A DNA stretch of 64,000 bases, from NCBI GenBank assembly GCA_951406725.2, contig OX597814.1, positions 122,946,001 to 123,010,000 of the forward strand, read 5' to 3'. Source of the DNA: Octopus vulgaris. Taxonomy: Eukaryota. Of this stretch, positions 1 to 13,970 are shown piece by piece. The notes under the pieces were generated by a model that saw nothing but the letters and a program-made list of their open reading frames with translations, made no database searches and had not been told where the DNA came from. The first letter of the stretch is position 1. Every line of letters starts with the position of its first letter. A program made the position numbers and the translations under genes.

Positions 1-214
1 GATGATGCAGCCTTGATTTCTGAAGTCACGTCGTGGTTGGAGGACCAAGCTGGGGTCTTCTACAAAAACGGTCTCCAGAGCTGCATCAAATGATGGGAGA
101 AATGCGTACCTCTTGGTGGTTCCTATGTAGAAAAAGACTAATAACTGTGCCAAGTTTCGTTGCTCTACCTGGTATGGGAAGTGGGTCAGGGGCATTACTT
201 ATTGAACGCCCCTC
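1..214 (+). mobile_element. Mariner transposon 3' end (transposase C-terminus plus right TIR)
   Basis: Frame 1 reads DDAALISEVTSWLEDQAGVFYKNGLQSCIK*WEKCVPLGGSYVEKD*, matching the mariner C-terminal W-KC---G-YVEK motif. It ends in ...ttattgaacgcccctcg followed by TA/(TA)n. Confidence 0.75.
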
Positions 215-267
<53 letters not shown>

Positions 268-269
268 TT

Positions 270-470
270 GTGTGAATGTGTCTTTAAAACAAAACTGGAT
301 CTCTTCCTGTCAAGGGTTCCAGACGCGCCTACCTCACGACAGGAGACACGGATGAGGCAGCAACAGCAAACTCCCTCATTGACCATATCAGACGAGGTTT
401 CAAATAATGGTGTAGCACAGTCAACGGTGGTACTCCGGCACGACAGTAGCTTTCAAGCTGAAGCATTTTT
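270..470 (+). mobile_element. LINE 3' end fragment (CR1/L2-like), candidate partner of the CORE-type SINE
   Basis: Reads VFKTKLDLFLSRVPDAPTSRQE, typical of a LINE ORF2 C-terminus. The following 3' UTR (ggtggtactccggcacgacagtagctttcaagctgaagc) resembles the SINE family B tail. Confidence 0.55.
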
Positions 471-597
471 AAAGATTTAAAGATTTATGTATGTGTGTGT
501 GTATAATATATATATATTATGTGTATATATATATATATATATATACATGTATATATCGATTATACATATCCATCTGCTCAACTTCGTTTCCCTCTTC

Positions 598-652
598 CAA
601 TTTCTCTCTCATTCTCTTCACATCTCTCTCTTCAATGTTCTCTGCCTCTATG

Positions 653-725
<73 letters not shown>

Positions 726-860
726 TTCTTTGTTATCTCTCCTTTTTTTACGCTACATTCATTTACCAACTGACTTTCTCTTTCTCTCACTTTCTGCCCC
801 TCCTTTCTCTCTTCCTCTTTCTCTCTCTCACTCCATCTATCTTTCTCTGTCTCTCGCTCG
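598..860. repeat. (CT)n-rich pyrimidine microsatellite region
   Basis: Directly visible CT repeats. Confidence 0.9.
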
Positions 861-1380
861 CTTCTTTCCTGACACCCCTTCCTTTATCCTCTCACTAACT
901 ATCTCCTCATCCGCAATCATTCTATTTCCCCTTTGTTTCTCTCCTTTTCTTTCACATTTTATCCGCTCCCTAACTCCCTCCCTCCTTTACTGTTTCAGTT
1001 AATCTATGACGCGAATTTCCTTCCAATCATTTATTATGACACACCTCCATATCTCTACCTCCTCTCAAACGACCAATCAAATTACCTACAATTATCCATT
1101 AATATTTCCCTGACACTTTTTATAAACTCCTCCTCCTTGTGCGTTTTTTTTCCCTCTGAATATACAAACGTGTTTATATATTAGAGACGTTAATACAGGA
1201 ATGGGAACAGTAGAGCTGTACTTGGTGAGATAAACATGTGCCTCCTGTATACTACGTCACTTGAAACGTCTATAGTCCTTCCCTACAGGTGTCAATGCTT
1301 AACACCAATTTTTTCTCTCTCCCTAATTATCTAGCTAGCTATCACTATCTCTCTTTCCCCCTCCCTCCCTCTCTCTCTCC

Positions 1381-1428
<48 letters not shown>

Positions 1429-1474
1429 ATATCTGCTCTGTGTTATGGCTGGTGTAATATTAGGAAATCATAAA

Positions 1475-1670
1475 GGCAGCGAGCTGGCAGAATCGTTAAC
1501 ACGCCCGGCAAAATACTTAGCAATGCTTCGTCCGTCTTTACGTTCTTAGTTCAAATTCCTTCGATGTCCACTTTACTTTTCATAAAATAAGTACCAGTTG
1601 GGCACTGGGAACAATGTAACCGGCTTGATCTGTCCCACCAAATTTGCTGGCCTTGTGCCAACATTTGAAA
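1475..1670 (+). mobile_element. tRNA-derived SINE family A (octopus OK-like), diverged copy
   Basis: Head ggcagcgagctggcagaatcgtta, B-box-like gttcaaattcc, core aagtaccagtt. Homologous to more than 10 other copies in the window. Confidence 0.8.
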
Positions 1671-1676
1671 CGAATA

Positions 1677-2468
1677 CAGTGATCCCTGGTTTATCGCGAT
1701 AGATTGGTTCCGAGACCGGCCGCAATAAGTGAATTTCCGCGAAGTAGGGACACCATGGACTTTTAAAACCCTCCCTGTACTGTTAACAACCCACCCATTA
1801 CAGTAGTCTATTAATAACAAGGACAACTATTAAGTAATAACACTTTTGATTTTAAAAAAATAAAGATTGTTACTATACTCAACACGAAAGAAGTTGAAGT
1901 AAAATTTGAATGATGATGGTAATGAATTTACTGCGCTGTAGAAATGATGATGTTGAAGGTGCAACCGTAGTAAGAACTGGCTCTTTTTTGCGAAGCTGCA
2001 AAAACATTGTGATAAGAAGTTGCTGCCGCTGTTTCTTTTTCCATTCACAGAGCATCTTGTAGGGATTCATGACTTCGTCGACTTTGTTGTAAAATTGCAC
2101 AGAACCAACCATATCGTCGTCCCATTCCTGTGACCCCTCTTTCAATTCTTTAGCCCGGTTACAGAGCTTGGCCAGCCGTTCCAAAGTCAAGCCAGTTTGG
2201 TCGACAGCTTATTCCATTTCTTGCTGCGTTTCTTCTTCCTCTTTGCTGGCCAACTTCGTCAAGTCTTCGAGGTCTACGTCGGTTAGCGGCTAGGAGTGGC
2301 AGTCTAATAACGCGTCGATGTCTCCTGTGGTCATGTGTGCAAAGCCGTCAACTCCAATGATCGCAGCCAACTGCAAAGCTTTCTTTTTTAAAAATATATT
2401 ATTTTTTTTTTAATCCGCGAAGTCGTGAATCCGCGATAGTTGAACCGCGAAGTAGCGAAGGATCACTG
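1677..2468 (-). mobile_element. Tigger/pogo-type non-autonomous DNA transposon (internal deletion derivative)
   Basis: Termini ta|cagtgatccc ... ggatcactg|ta (TIR plus TA TSD). The minus strand encodes a Tigger-like transposase C-terminus (..LTDVDLEDL..LTLERLAK..KKKQRQQLLITMF). Confidence 0.85.
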
Positions 2469-2879
2469 TATTAGGGAACTAAACTGTTGATAATTCTGTT
2501 GTCAAATGATATGGAAACGATGATATTAAGCTTTAATTCAGTTGTGTTCTATCCATCAATGCAGCTCTCTGTTTATCTATCTATCTCTGTACCACATCAA
2601 TATATCAAGTGTCTAAGCATTTGTTTTAGATTTCCTTTCTCGTTGGATTTAGCTCTCATCTCTCACTCTTTCTCTGTGTATCTAACACGTCCGTCTTTCT
2701 TCCTTTCTATACATCTACTTCCCTTTCTTGCTTGCTACGTATCTACTTCTCTTTCTCCCCCATCTCTCTCTCTCTCTTTCTGGTATATGAGTGTTCTACC
2801 GAATGAAATGCTTGCTCATTGGTAGAGTATCTTTGTCTCTATAGTAACTCTTTGACTTACTCTTCATTGATGGTAAATA

Positions 2880-3920
2880 ATGGGTTTCAAAGCGAAACGA
2901 CGTGTCGTCATTGACGTCCAGACGAAGGAAGAGTGCAGGTTGTCCAACATACACAGAAGACTATGGGTTGCGTATGGAGATGACACATTTGACAAGAGCA
3001 ATATATACAGATGGACGAATAAGCTTTAAAAGGGAAACCATAATTTAAGGCAAACCATGCAGTAAAAAACCTATCAAATGCGACCACTGATATGAATCAC
3101 CAGCGAGTGGACCAACTGATTTGTGCAGACAAACGAGTCAAAATCGGTGAGCTTGTACAACTGGATTGTGATCACAATGTATTGCAGAATATAGTCGGAG
3201 GCTTTGGGTGCTGGACACTACATGCAGTTGTTGATATAGAATGGAAGTGGGGAATTCTTATTTCTTTATAGCCCACAAGGGGCTAAACACAGAGGGGACA
3301 AACAAGGACATACAAACGGATTAAGTCGATTATATTGACCCCAGTGTGTAACTGGTACATAATTTATCGACCCCGAAAGGATGAAATGCAAAGTCGACCT
3401 CGGCGGAATTTGAACTCAGAACGTAACGGCAGACGAAATGCCGCTAAGCATTTCGCCGGCGTGCTAACATTTCTGCCAGCTCGCCAACTTATTGGAAGTG
3501 GGGGATTCTATCCTGGAGCGCTGAAAGTACTTGAATCCAACGGAGAAATGTTTTTCTCGGATATGATGATAGGAGATAAAACGTGAATGTGTGTATTTAT
3601 AGACTGTAAACGAACGCTCAGTTCGTGGAATGGCGTCACATCTCTTCTACACGACCTAAGAAGTTCTATAGCCAGTGACCAGCACAGAAAATCATGGTGA
3701 CTCTTGCTTGAGATCACAACGGTGTCATTCTCCTTGATTTTCAGACACCCAACTGTACCTTAAACAGTAAGCGATACATGGAGACATTCAAACAGATTAG
3801 AAAAGCCATTAGAAGGAGCAGACGACACAAATATTTGAAGAATATCCACATTCACCATGAGTATGCACGGCCGCACACGTCTTTGGTAAAAAATCAATCA
3901 ATGGGCAAACTGAGTGGGTC
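2880..3920 (+). pseudogene. Degenerate mariner (DD34D-type) transposase interrupted by a SINE
   Basis: N-terminal HTH-like MGFKAKRRVVI..IHRRLWVAYGDDTFDKSNIYRW, then MIGDKT (TGDETW-like), DHNGVILLDF and IHIHHEYARPHTS (HDNARPH-like). Contains stops and frameshifts. Confidence 0.8.
3258..3485 (-). mobile_element. SINE family A inserted in the mariner relic, with ~17 bp TSD
   Basis: Full family A copy on the minus strand, flanked by tggaagtggggaattct / tggaagtgggggattct. Confidence 0.9.
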
Positions 3921-4048
3921 AGAGAGAGAGAGAGAGAGGAGGAACAATAGGAAGTAGATATATAGAGGAGAAGAAAGAAGAACATGCTAGATATACAAAG
4001 AAAGAGTGAGAGAGGAGAGCAAAATCCAACAAGAAATGGAATTTTAAA

Positions 4049-4216
4049 AGGCGTAGTAGTGGCTGTGTGGTAAGTAGCTTGCTAACCAACCACATGGTTC
4101 CGAGTTCAGTCCCACTGCGTGGTACCTTGGGCAAGTGTCTTCTACTATAGCCTCGGGCCGACCAAAGCCTTGTGAGTGGATTTGGTAGACGGAAACTGAA
4201 CGAAGCCCGTCGTATG

Positions 4217-4292
<76 letters not shown>

Positions 4293-4495
4293 TGTGTCTG
4301 TGTCCCCCAACATCGCCTGACAACCGATGGTGGTGTGTTTACGTCCCCGTAACTTAGCGGTTCGGCAAAAGAAACCGATAGCATAAGTACTAGGCTTACA
4401 AAGAATAAGTCCTGGGGTCGATTTGCTTGACTAAAGGCGGTGCTCCAGCATGGCCACGGTCAAATGACTGAAACATGTAAAAGGGTAAAAGAGTA
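4049..4495 (+). mobile_element. tRNA-derived CORE-type SINE family B (octopus OR-like) with internal (TA)n(TG)n
   Basis: Head gtggctgtgtggtaag..ggttccgagttcagtccc, CORE-like accttgggcaagtg, central microsatellite, tail ggcggtgctccagcatggcc..tgactgaaac. Confidence 0.9.
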
Positions 4496-4794
4496 ATCTA
4501 CCACATAGCTCGAATCTGCTCACCTGACTTCTACCTGTTCGGGATAATGAAGGATAGTCTTCGAGAACAACGATATAACAGAGATTAGGTGAAGAAGAAA
4601 GTATAGCAGTGAACACTTGAATTTTTTCACTAAGGAATGGAGAGCTGAGTTCGTGGAAGTCGTAATTACATCAATTTTAATGGCGACTACGTTGAGTTGT
4701 AACTTTGTATAATGGAAGTTGCTGTACGGATATGCAAGGTTTGAACAACATCTGTTAACACAAAGTTTTCAGAAACTTGTGTGGGGCGGGGTGC

Positions 4795-5190
<396 letters not shown>

Positions 5191-5528
5191 CGCAGTCCGT
5201 CATGAAAAGTTTTTTGAAACTGTCAACATAAAAAGTCTTGATGCTTTTTTGTTATATTTTCATGAGTTCTAATTGGCTGAGTTTCATTCGTATTGAAATT
5301 TTATTGATGAATTACGCTTAGACATTGCAACACACACACTCTCGCACACAGAGACACACACACACACACAACTGTACGTACACACAAATCATACTTACAT
5401 AAATGGTCATAACATCTATCACACAAATTAATACTCACAAAAACCTGTAAAAGATACAGATGCCTAAAAACTACCAATACTACACACATAAAATTTCCAC
5501 ACAAACGCATACATGTGTGCTCCCATGA

Positions 5529-5600
<72 letters not shown>

Positions 5601-5816
5601 CGTGCTCTGTGTGTATATGACCATTCTAGAACAATAATAAACGCATTTGAAAAAACATACAACAGAAAGAGTAAAAAAAAAAGGAAATTATAACCCAATT
5701 ACACACCATGAAGAGCCAACCTCATAAACGCTAGAGACAACCTCAAAGATAATACATCAAAACCACACACAACCGAAATAAAAAGCAACATCAAACAGCT
5801 AAACATATAAATAGCA

Positions 5817-5817
5817 A

Positions 5818-5908
<91 letters not shown>

Positions 5909-5913
5909 ATATA

Positions 5914-6003
<90 letters not shown>
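5817..6003. repeat. Long (TA)n microsatellite
   Basis: About 185 bp of TA repeat with few interruptions. Confidence 0.95.
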
Positions 6004-6004
<1 letters not shown>

Positions 6005-6371
6005 AGGCTGCACGAAAAGCAGCAAACTGGCTAGTATTTGTAGAGAACATTGACTGCAAAACTAATAGTATAACACTATATAGAGTAATTTAATTAGTAG
6101 CTTCAACAACATCACTAATGGTTACACCACATAAGCATATCACAATAACAACCTCAAGTATTATAGCCGCTTTAAAACACCGAATAAATGGCCGTTTCAG
6201 ATATTTCTGGAAAAACTCATTCACCGCCCAAAAAACACGTAATGTATAGCGTCCACGTATTTCATAATATTGGTCCCCTTCTTTTCGTCGTAGTCCCACA
6301 CAAGCAATAGGGAATTTTAGAAATTTACAAGACTCGGGGTCAGATAAGATAATAAACATAGGATAATGAAC

Positions 6372-6762
6372 GTAGGAGTGGCTGTGTGGTAAGTAGCTTG
6401 CTTACCAACTACATGGTTCCGGGTTCAGTCCCACTGAGTGGCACCTAGGGCAAGTGTCTTCTACTATAGCCTCGGGCCGACCAAAGCCTTGTGAGTAGAT
6501 TTGGTAAACGGAAACTGAAAGAAGCCCGTCGTATATATGTATATATGTGTGTGTGTGTATGTTTGTGTGCCTGTGTTTGTCCTCCAACATCGCTTGACAA
6601 CCGATGCTTGTGTTTTCAAGTCCCCGTAACTTAGCGGTTCGGCAAAAGAGACCGATAGAATAAGTACTAGGCTTCCAAACAATAAGTCCTAGATCGATTT
6701 GCTCGACTAAAGGCGGTGCTCCAGCATGGCCACGGTCAAATGACTGAAGCAAGTAAAAGAGT
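6372..6762 (+). mobile_element. SINE family B, full length
   Basis: Near-identical to the 4049-4495 copy. Confidence 0.9.
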
Positions 6763-7138
6763 ATACCATAAATCACGTAAGGTCTGAAGGAATCACAGTA
6801 AAGACCAATTTGTACCACTAGTCGTATCAATGTCGTAACTTCCTGCAAGCCTTTAATTCTCCATAATTTTTTCATAAAACTGGCTCTCTGGTTTCTATGG
6901 GATACACGTGACCGAAATCCTTACATTCGCCATGAACAGGACACAGGTCCGTTACAGAGTTCGAATTTTAAGGAGAGTAGGAGAGTTTATTTACATCGAT
7001 TTCAGTATTCGACTGGTAGTTTATTTTAACAATCCTGAAGGGAGAAAAGACGAAGGTGACCTCGGTGGGATTTCAACTCAGAAATACCGCTAAGATCTGT
7101 GCGACAAGAAGATTGCTTCTCAACTATATGGTTGAGAA

Positions 7139-7553
7139 GGCGGCGAGCTGGCAGAAACGTTAGCACGCCGGGCGAAATGCTTAGCGGTATTTTGTATGCC
7201 GTTACGTTCTGGGTTCAAATTCCGCCGAGGTCGACTTTGCTTTCATCCTTTCGGGGTTGATTAAATAAGTACCAGTTACGCACTGGGATCGATATAATCG
7301 ACTTAATCCGTTTTTCAGTCCTTGTTTGTCCTCTCTGTGTTTAGCCCCTTGTGGGTAGTAAGGAAATAGGTATTTCGTCTGTCTTTACGTTCTGAGTTCA
7401 GATTCCGCCGAGGTCGACTTTGCCTTTCATCCTTTCGGGGTCGATTAAATAAGTACCAGTTACGCACTGGGGTCGATATAATAGACTTAATTCGTTTGTC
7501 CGTCCTTGTTTGTCCCCATCTGTGTTTAGTCCCTTGTGGGCAATAAAGAAATA
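7139..7553 (+). mobile_element. SINE family A dimer inserted in a family B head
   Basis: One head plus two body/tail units, flanked by a ~28 bp duplication aagaagattgct(t/a)ctcaac(t/c)atatggtt. The family B head fragment resumes at 7553-7633. Confidence 0.88.
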
Positions 7554-9069
7554 AGAAGATTGCTACTCAACCATATGGTTCTGGATTCAGTCGCACAGCG
7601 TGGCACCTTGGACAAGTGTCTTCTACTATAGCCAGTACATTTACCGCCACCCAGTCATATGAAAAATACTCAAGATCACTTTAAGAAACACCGTAAAATG
7701 CTAACTAGCAAACTGCCAGAAAAACAATCAAACCAATATATTACGTGGAACCTATAATTTCACGCATTGCTCTGCCTTCTCGCCCTCAAATTTCAGTTGA
7801 TATCACCATGACCTTCCCACGCTTCAATAAAGCAAAACACACAGACAGCTTTATATGCACATGACGTCATTAACATTCTAACACCCTTCTCCTGACCCGG
7901 ATGTGGAAATCTCCAGTTCTGCTTAAATTACCTAGAAACCTAACTGCACAATAAATTCAAAGTAGCACCTACTAAATTTATCTCCCTGTTTAGTAACAAC
8001 GCCACAAAACATCAAATACAACGAGTATTCGCGCTCAACAATATAACCATATCGCGCACAGCAAATGCTAGAAGTTATACACAACTCTTTAACAACACAA
8101 AAAATACGAAATAATGAAAACAAAACGACACACAGACAAGAGCAAGCACAAGTAAAACTGTTGACAAACAGAAAGAAACAATAAGATATTTAACAAACAA
8201 TTTATTGGAGCTATAAAGGACGCTGCCAGTCCTGCATGAGGCTATAATGTCTCCAGTACAAACTATAAATTACAAAGAGCGCAAACAGCGTAGTAAGCAT
8301 CATAGTAGTTGCACACACCACAACTGCAGATAACTTTTACAACCAAACAAAAATACTAAAATTGAAAGATCGCATGAACATGTAAAGTTCTTAGTTTGCT
8401 GTAGCAAGCTTTAATACAAACAGTCTCTGTCACTACACGATTGACATAAATACTTTCTCTATTCTCATGCACGAACAGAAATACGCTCACACACATAAAC
8501 ATAAAGAGAGAAGGGGGAAATGGAGGAAGAGTAGAGAAGGAGAGAACGGGGCAAACATTAAAATGTCTGATATCAAATAAGTCAGCGTTTAATCAGCGAC
8601 GTCTGATGTAGACCAAAACGTCTCATGCTCCCACCATATATTCGAACATATGTTCGAAATGAGCTGGACAGTTTAGAGAGTACAATGTCCAGTCTGTCAC
8701 ACTCCAGCCCCAAAGGATCCATTTCTGAGTGAATTTGAGAACTGAAAACTGTGTAACGGCTATAGAAGTCTTTCGTATGTACCCGTAATTTAAAAGGCTT
8801 CAGCATTTTCACACGGAGTTAAATTGATTCTAGTTGAGAATTATAAGGATACACGTGTCTGTGGAATACTCAGCCATTTCGTACGGTGATTCATTGAACA
8901 GGTTATCCATTTGATCGAACAACTGGATTTTTATAGGTTGAAATAGATGTGAGAAGTGATCAGGCCGATCTGCGGATCACGAACTGTTGTTCAAGTCAAC
9001 TGCTTGCATGCGATGTGGTTGATCAGAAATGATTTTAGGGGTACTCGGCAATAACAGTATGTATACATC

Positions 9070-9083
9070 CACACACACGCACG

Positions 9084-9138
<55 letters not shown>

Positions 9139-9141
9139 GCA

Positions 9142-9216
<75 letters not shown>

Positions 9217-9473
9217 CAAATACACTTGGAATCTACCACACTTAGAAATATATGACATACCACTCGCATTCTACGGACATTAAGCCTTCACACTTGCATA
9301 TACGCACCCACAGACACAGGTGTCTGAGTGTGTGCGCGTATGTGTGCGTGTGAGTTTGTGTGTGTGTGTGCGTGCGTGTATGTTAGTATGAATGTATGTA
9401 TGACATGCTACCTACGCACATATCAAATGTACTACACATATGCATATATATATATATATATATATATATTATT

Positions 9474-9514
<41 letters not shown>

Positions 9515-9573
9515 CATGCTACATACACCCGAACGTTGACTCTACAACACATACACACTCATATTTACACCAC

Positions 9574-9619
<46 letters not shown>

Positions 9620-9625
9620 TAGATA
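9070..9625. repeat. (CA)n/(TA)n microsatellite cluster
   Basis: Directly visible. Confidence 0.9.
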
Positions 9626-10763
9626 CTCAGAGACGAAGTTAATTAAACGTCTTCTGGGTGTATGTTTTTCGGGGATTTTTCTTCTTTTTTTTACTTTTTC
9701 CTTGTTTTGTTTACCTTTCATGTTTTTTTTTCTGCTGCAAGGTGTTGTTTTCAGCAGCCATCTTCTCACGAAGGCCGCTTATTAACATCAACTATATAGC
9801 CTCAAACCAGTTGCTACCTTCCAATACTCTTGAATCTCATGCATTTCATGTTCTCCACATTATTTTCTCTTCTTTATCGAATATAACAAAAAAAAATATA
9901 TAACACAAACACACACGAAGGTTTCGGCTTGATCGATTCTGCAAAAAGAAAAGGACATGGAAGTAATAACAATACTACTACTAATAATAATAATAATAGT
10001 AGTAGTAGTAGTAGTAGTAGATTTTCGTTTTTTTACTTGCCACAGGGGTATCAGTTGAGAGGGAGAGCGAGATTACAAGGACAGTTTACACTCTGTGATG
10101 GGGTTTACATAAAAAGGAGAAAGGAAGAAAGTGAGGGGGACAGGCAAATGAGATAAAATGCAATAATATCCTAAAGGTTCTTTTTATCTCAAAGACTTAA
10201 TTTCTTGGGTAGCGTGATGCTAAAAACTCTGATATACCCTGGATCACTCGACCTGACATTGAACCAAAACGTTTCCCTGATTTTACTGCGTAAAAATCCC
10301 AGTAAAGTTTCTTCAATGAACGCTATTTCCAATAATGGTCAACTCCAGTAAGGAACAGCTTCTGAAAGAGATAAACAGAGAACGCACATCTATTGATTGT
10401 TTGATCGTAGAGTTGATATGCTGGCCGTATGGTAATCGAATTGATCTGTGAATTTCAGTTTTTGGATAGAATCAAGAATGAAAAAAAACAAAATTGAAGA
10501 AATGAAGAAAGTGAAACAGAAGAAGTAAAAAAACAAGGATGATACAGCAGTAAGGAGATATTGAAATATATCATAAAACATTTCGTCCCTAAATCTACTG
10601 CGGCGTCATATTACGACCCAATATCCTCTGTCGAGTGTTATAAAATAACATATCAACCATATGAATCTAATCTCTCAACACCGAGCTCTTTATTACTGTT
10701 ATATTACATGCAGAGTAATGGAGTAGCGATTCTACATTAAACTGAAAAATCTTTAGCGTTATG

Positions 10764-11300
<537 letters not shown>

Positions 11301-11983
11301 TATTAGAATCCTAGTTATGTGCTTTCTCTGACTTTCTATTCCATTATATATTAGTTGATTTATTTTCTAGATATTCTCTGATTAAATATCTTCGTCACTA
11401 TATGTTATGTTCCGAGGTCAAATAATGTCGGGGGCAACTTTTGCTATTTCGTTCCTCGAGGGATCGATAAAAGAAGAACAAACCATGTATTGTAAGTCGA
11501 TTCAATTTACTACACCTGTCCCCTATACACGCGTAACCTCGTGCCAAAGTAAGAAATTATTTACGTTCCAAATATTAAACTAATATTCGATGGATTTTAC
11601 TCCAGATTTGATTTATCAAATTTCGGTTAAGTTTATCACATCATGCAGATAATTTTAATTCACTAGATTTTTAGCTGGAAGTGACAAACGTATTTCGTTC
11701 AACTAAAAGAATTAATAAACAAAATCTCAGATATTCTTCATTGAATTTTTTATTGAATTTTTTGAAATAAATATTATTGAAGTGACAAATTGAAAGCCTT
11801 TTAATAAAATGATGACTATTCAGCATCTCTCTGTCATTATCGACAACCGTAGTTGGCCGACTGGGTAGTGTGGAATTCTAACGTGGAGGATCATCAACGA
11901 TCCACTTCACTTCAGACATCCCAGTTCACTTAGCTGTCGTACTATGGACTATGGTCATTGTAGTGTAATATTCAAAACATCTC

Positions 11984-12217
11984 TTGTGTATAATTTGTTT
12001 CATATAGGAAATTTTTACATGTAACTACTCCAGTCCAAAGGTTAACCGACCTTACATGTATTTCCAACATAGTAGTCGCGAAAAAAGAAGACTCGAAGTT
12101 GTGTATAATTTGTTTCATATAGGAAATTTTTACATGTAACTACTCCAGTCCAAAGGTTAACCGACCTTACATGTATTTCCAACATAGTAGTCGCGAAAAA
12201 AGAAGACTCGAAGTTGT
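11984..12217. repeat. Perfect 115 bp tandem duplication
   Basis: ttgtgtataatttgtttc...gaagactcgaag starts at 11984 and at 12099, with ttgt microhomology at the boundaries. Confidence 0.95.
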
Positions 12218-12339
12218 TTTATGTTCGCCATTTACGCCTTTGAGAAATGCATGAAAGACACATCTTCCCAAAAGAACTTTGACCTGGTAAACTAAATAAA
12301 AAAACTAGTAATATTTCAAACTAGCAATGGAGTGTGTAC

Positions 12340-12485
12340 GTGGTCGTTTGCCTTGCTAAAAATAGCTGCCAAATATCTTTTTATATCACGTTCTACCGTT
12401 TAAAAAGAAAGGATACATTGGCTGATGTAGTCCGAAATACACTAATAGGAAAAAACAGGATGGTTATGGCTGGAATACCTTTGCG
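12340..12485 (+). repeat. Dispersed repeat family D fragment (unclassified, SINE-like)
   Basis: Motif gctaaaaatagctgccaaat..ctaccgtt..gatgtagtcc..gatggttatggctggaat recurs at ~15395, 30890(-), 38665, 46600 and 59270/59460(-). Confidence 0.55.
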
Positions 12486-12524
12486 GCACCAAAGTTAACA
12501 AGGCATTATTACTAGAAACAGTAA

Positions 12525-12722
12525 GGCGACAAGCTGGCAGAATCGTTAGCACGCTGGACGAAATGCTTAGCAGTATTTCGTCTGTCTTCACGTTCTGAGT
12601 TCAAATTCCTCCGAGGTCTACTCTACCTTTCATCCTTTCAAAGTCGATAAATTTAGTACCAGTTGCATACTGGGGTCGATGCAATCGGCTTAATCACTTT
12701 CCCTAAATTTGAGGCCTTGTAG
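12525..12722 (+). mobile_element. SINE family A
   Basis: Head, core and ccctaaatttgaggccttgt tail variant. Confidence 0.88.
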
Positions 12723-13004
12723 AAAAGTTTATTAGTAAAAACAGCACTAGTAACAGAACTTACGACTTACCCATCGTCATAATATATCTTACGTAAGTAA
12801 ACTAATTTAAGAAATGAGATCTTGTGATCCTTATGCCTTTTCTTAAGAATATCGGTGTCTAAAGTAAAATATTTGATAGTTTGTAGCTAAGAATTAATTG
12901 AAACTGAATCCATATTCATTTCGTTAGAAACCTTTACATGTAACCACCCCAATCAAAGGTTTCCTTTTCAGGAACACATCTCTCATTACCGTCACTTTTA
13001 TTTG

Positions 13005-13233
13005 TCGTCTTTTACATGTTTCACTTATTGGACCGCGATCATCCTAGGGCATCGCCTAGAAGGATCTTCTCGAACAGACCGTATTGTACTTTTTTGAACA
13101 TTGGTATTTACTCTATCATTGTCTTTAGGTGAACCGCTAGGTTATAGGAATAAAAAGAAACCAACATCTGTTGCTAATGAGTAGAGGGGACAAACACAAA
13201 TACATGTGCACATACATATACATATGTGTATAC

Positions 13234-13278
<45 letters not shown>

Positions 13279-13432
13279 GTGTGTTTGTATGTGTGTGTGT
13301 ACATGATTAGCTTCCCTGTACCAAAGTCACTCAGGAGGCATTATTTGCCTCTGGGCTATAGTAGAAGACACTTGCTCAAGATAGCGCGGTGGGACTGAAC
13401 CCGAAACCACGTGGTTGTTAACCATACAGGCA
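13005..13432 (-). mobile_element. SINE family B, diverged copy
   Basis: Reverse complement of family B (ctatagtagaagacacttgctcaag, gggactgaaccc, internal microsatellite). Confidence 0.75.
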
Positions 13433-13466
13433 TGGTAATGTATAAAGATATATTGTGCAACATTTA

Positions 13467-13970
13467 TTGGGTTGGTGCATAATTATTGCAGCTTTTTTTC
13501 GACAAATTTTATTGAGAAAAAAACAATAACAATATTTAAGAAAAACATCTTTAAATGACAGTCTGACCCTCTGCCAAACAAATGGGAAGTAGTAATTGAA
13601 GTAGATGGTGAATATGCTCCATAATAATCATTTAAAGATGTTTTTTTGTTAAATGAAGGCGGCGAGCTGGCAGAAACGTTAGCACGCCGGGCGAAATGCG
13701 TAGCCGTATTTCGTCTGCCGTTACGTTATGAGTTCAAATTCCGCCGAGGTCGACTTTGCCTTTCATCCTTCCGAGGGTCGATAAATTAAGAATCAATTAC
13801 GCACTGGGGTCGATGTAATCGGCTTAATCCGTTTGTCTGTCCTTGTCTGTCCCCTCTATGTTTAACCCCTTGTGGGTAATAAAGAAACAGATGTTTTTGT
13901 TAAACGTTGTTATTGTTTTATTGAATAAAATTTGTTGAAAAAAAGCCGCCATAATTATGCTACAACCTAA
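13467..13970 (+). mobile_element. Mariner-derived MITE with ~90 bp TIRs, carrying a SINE insertion
   Basis: ttgggttggtgcataattattgcagctttttttcgacaaattttatt.. mirrors ..aataaaatttgttgaaaaaaagccgccataattatgctacaacctaa. The interior encodes LPNKWEVVIEVDGEYAP* (mariner C-terminus). Confidence 0.8.
13658..13889 (+). mobile_element. SINE family A inserted in the MITE right TIR
   Basis: Full copy flanked by a gatgttttt(tt)gttaaa duplication. Confidence 0.9.

Larger units (their letters stand above)
6060..7800 (+). pseudogene. Highly decayed Penelope-like element remnant interrupted by SINEs
   Basis: Fragments resemble PLE linker motifs: YYSRFK (YY--AL-like), RIS*YWSPSFRRSPTQAIGNF (R-I-W-NPPF---V-T-IG-like) and a HNFF piece (LHKIF-like). 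No intact ORF. Confidence 0.35.

Noticed and set aside
33-1002. YIYI/SLSL/HTHT/CVCV ORFs here and throughout the track
   Set aside because: Dinucleotide and tetranucleotide microsatellites that lack stop codons.
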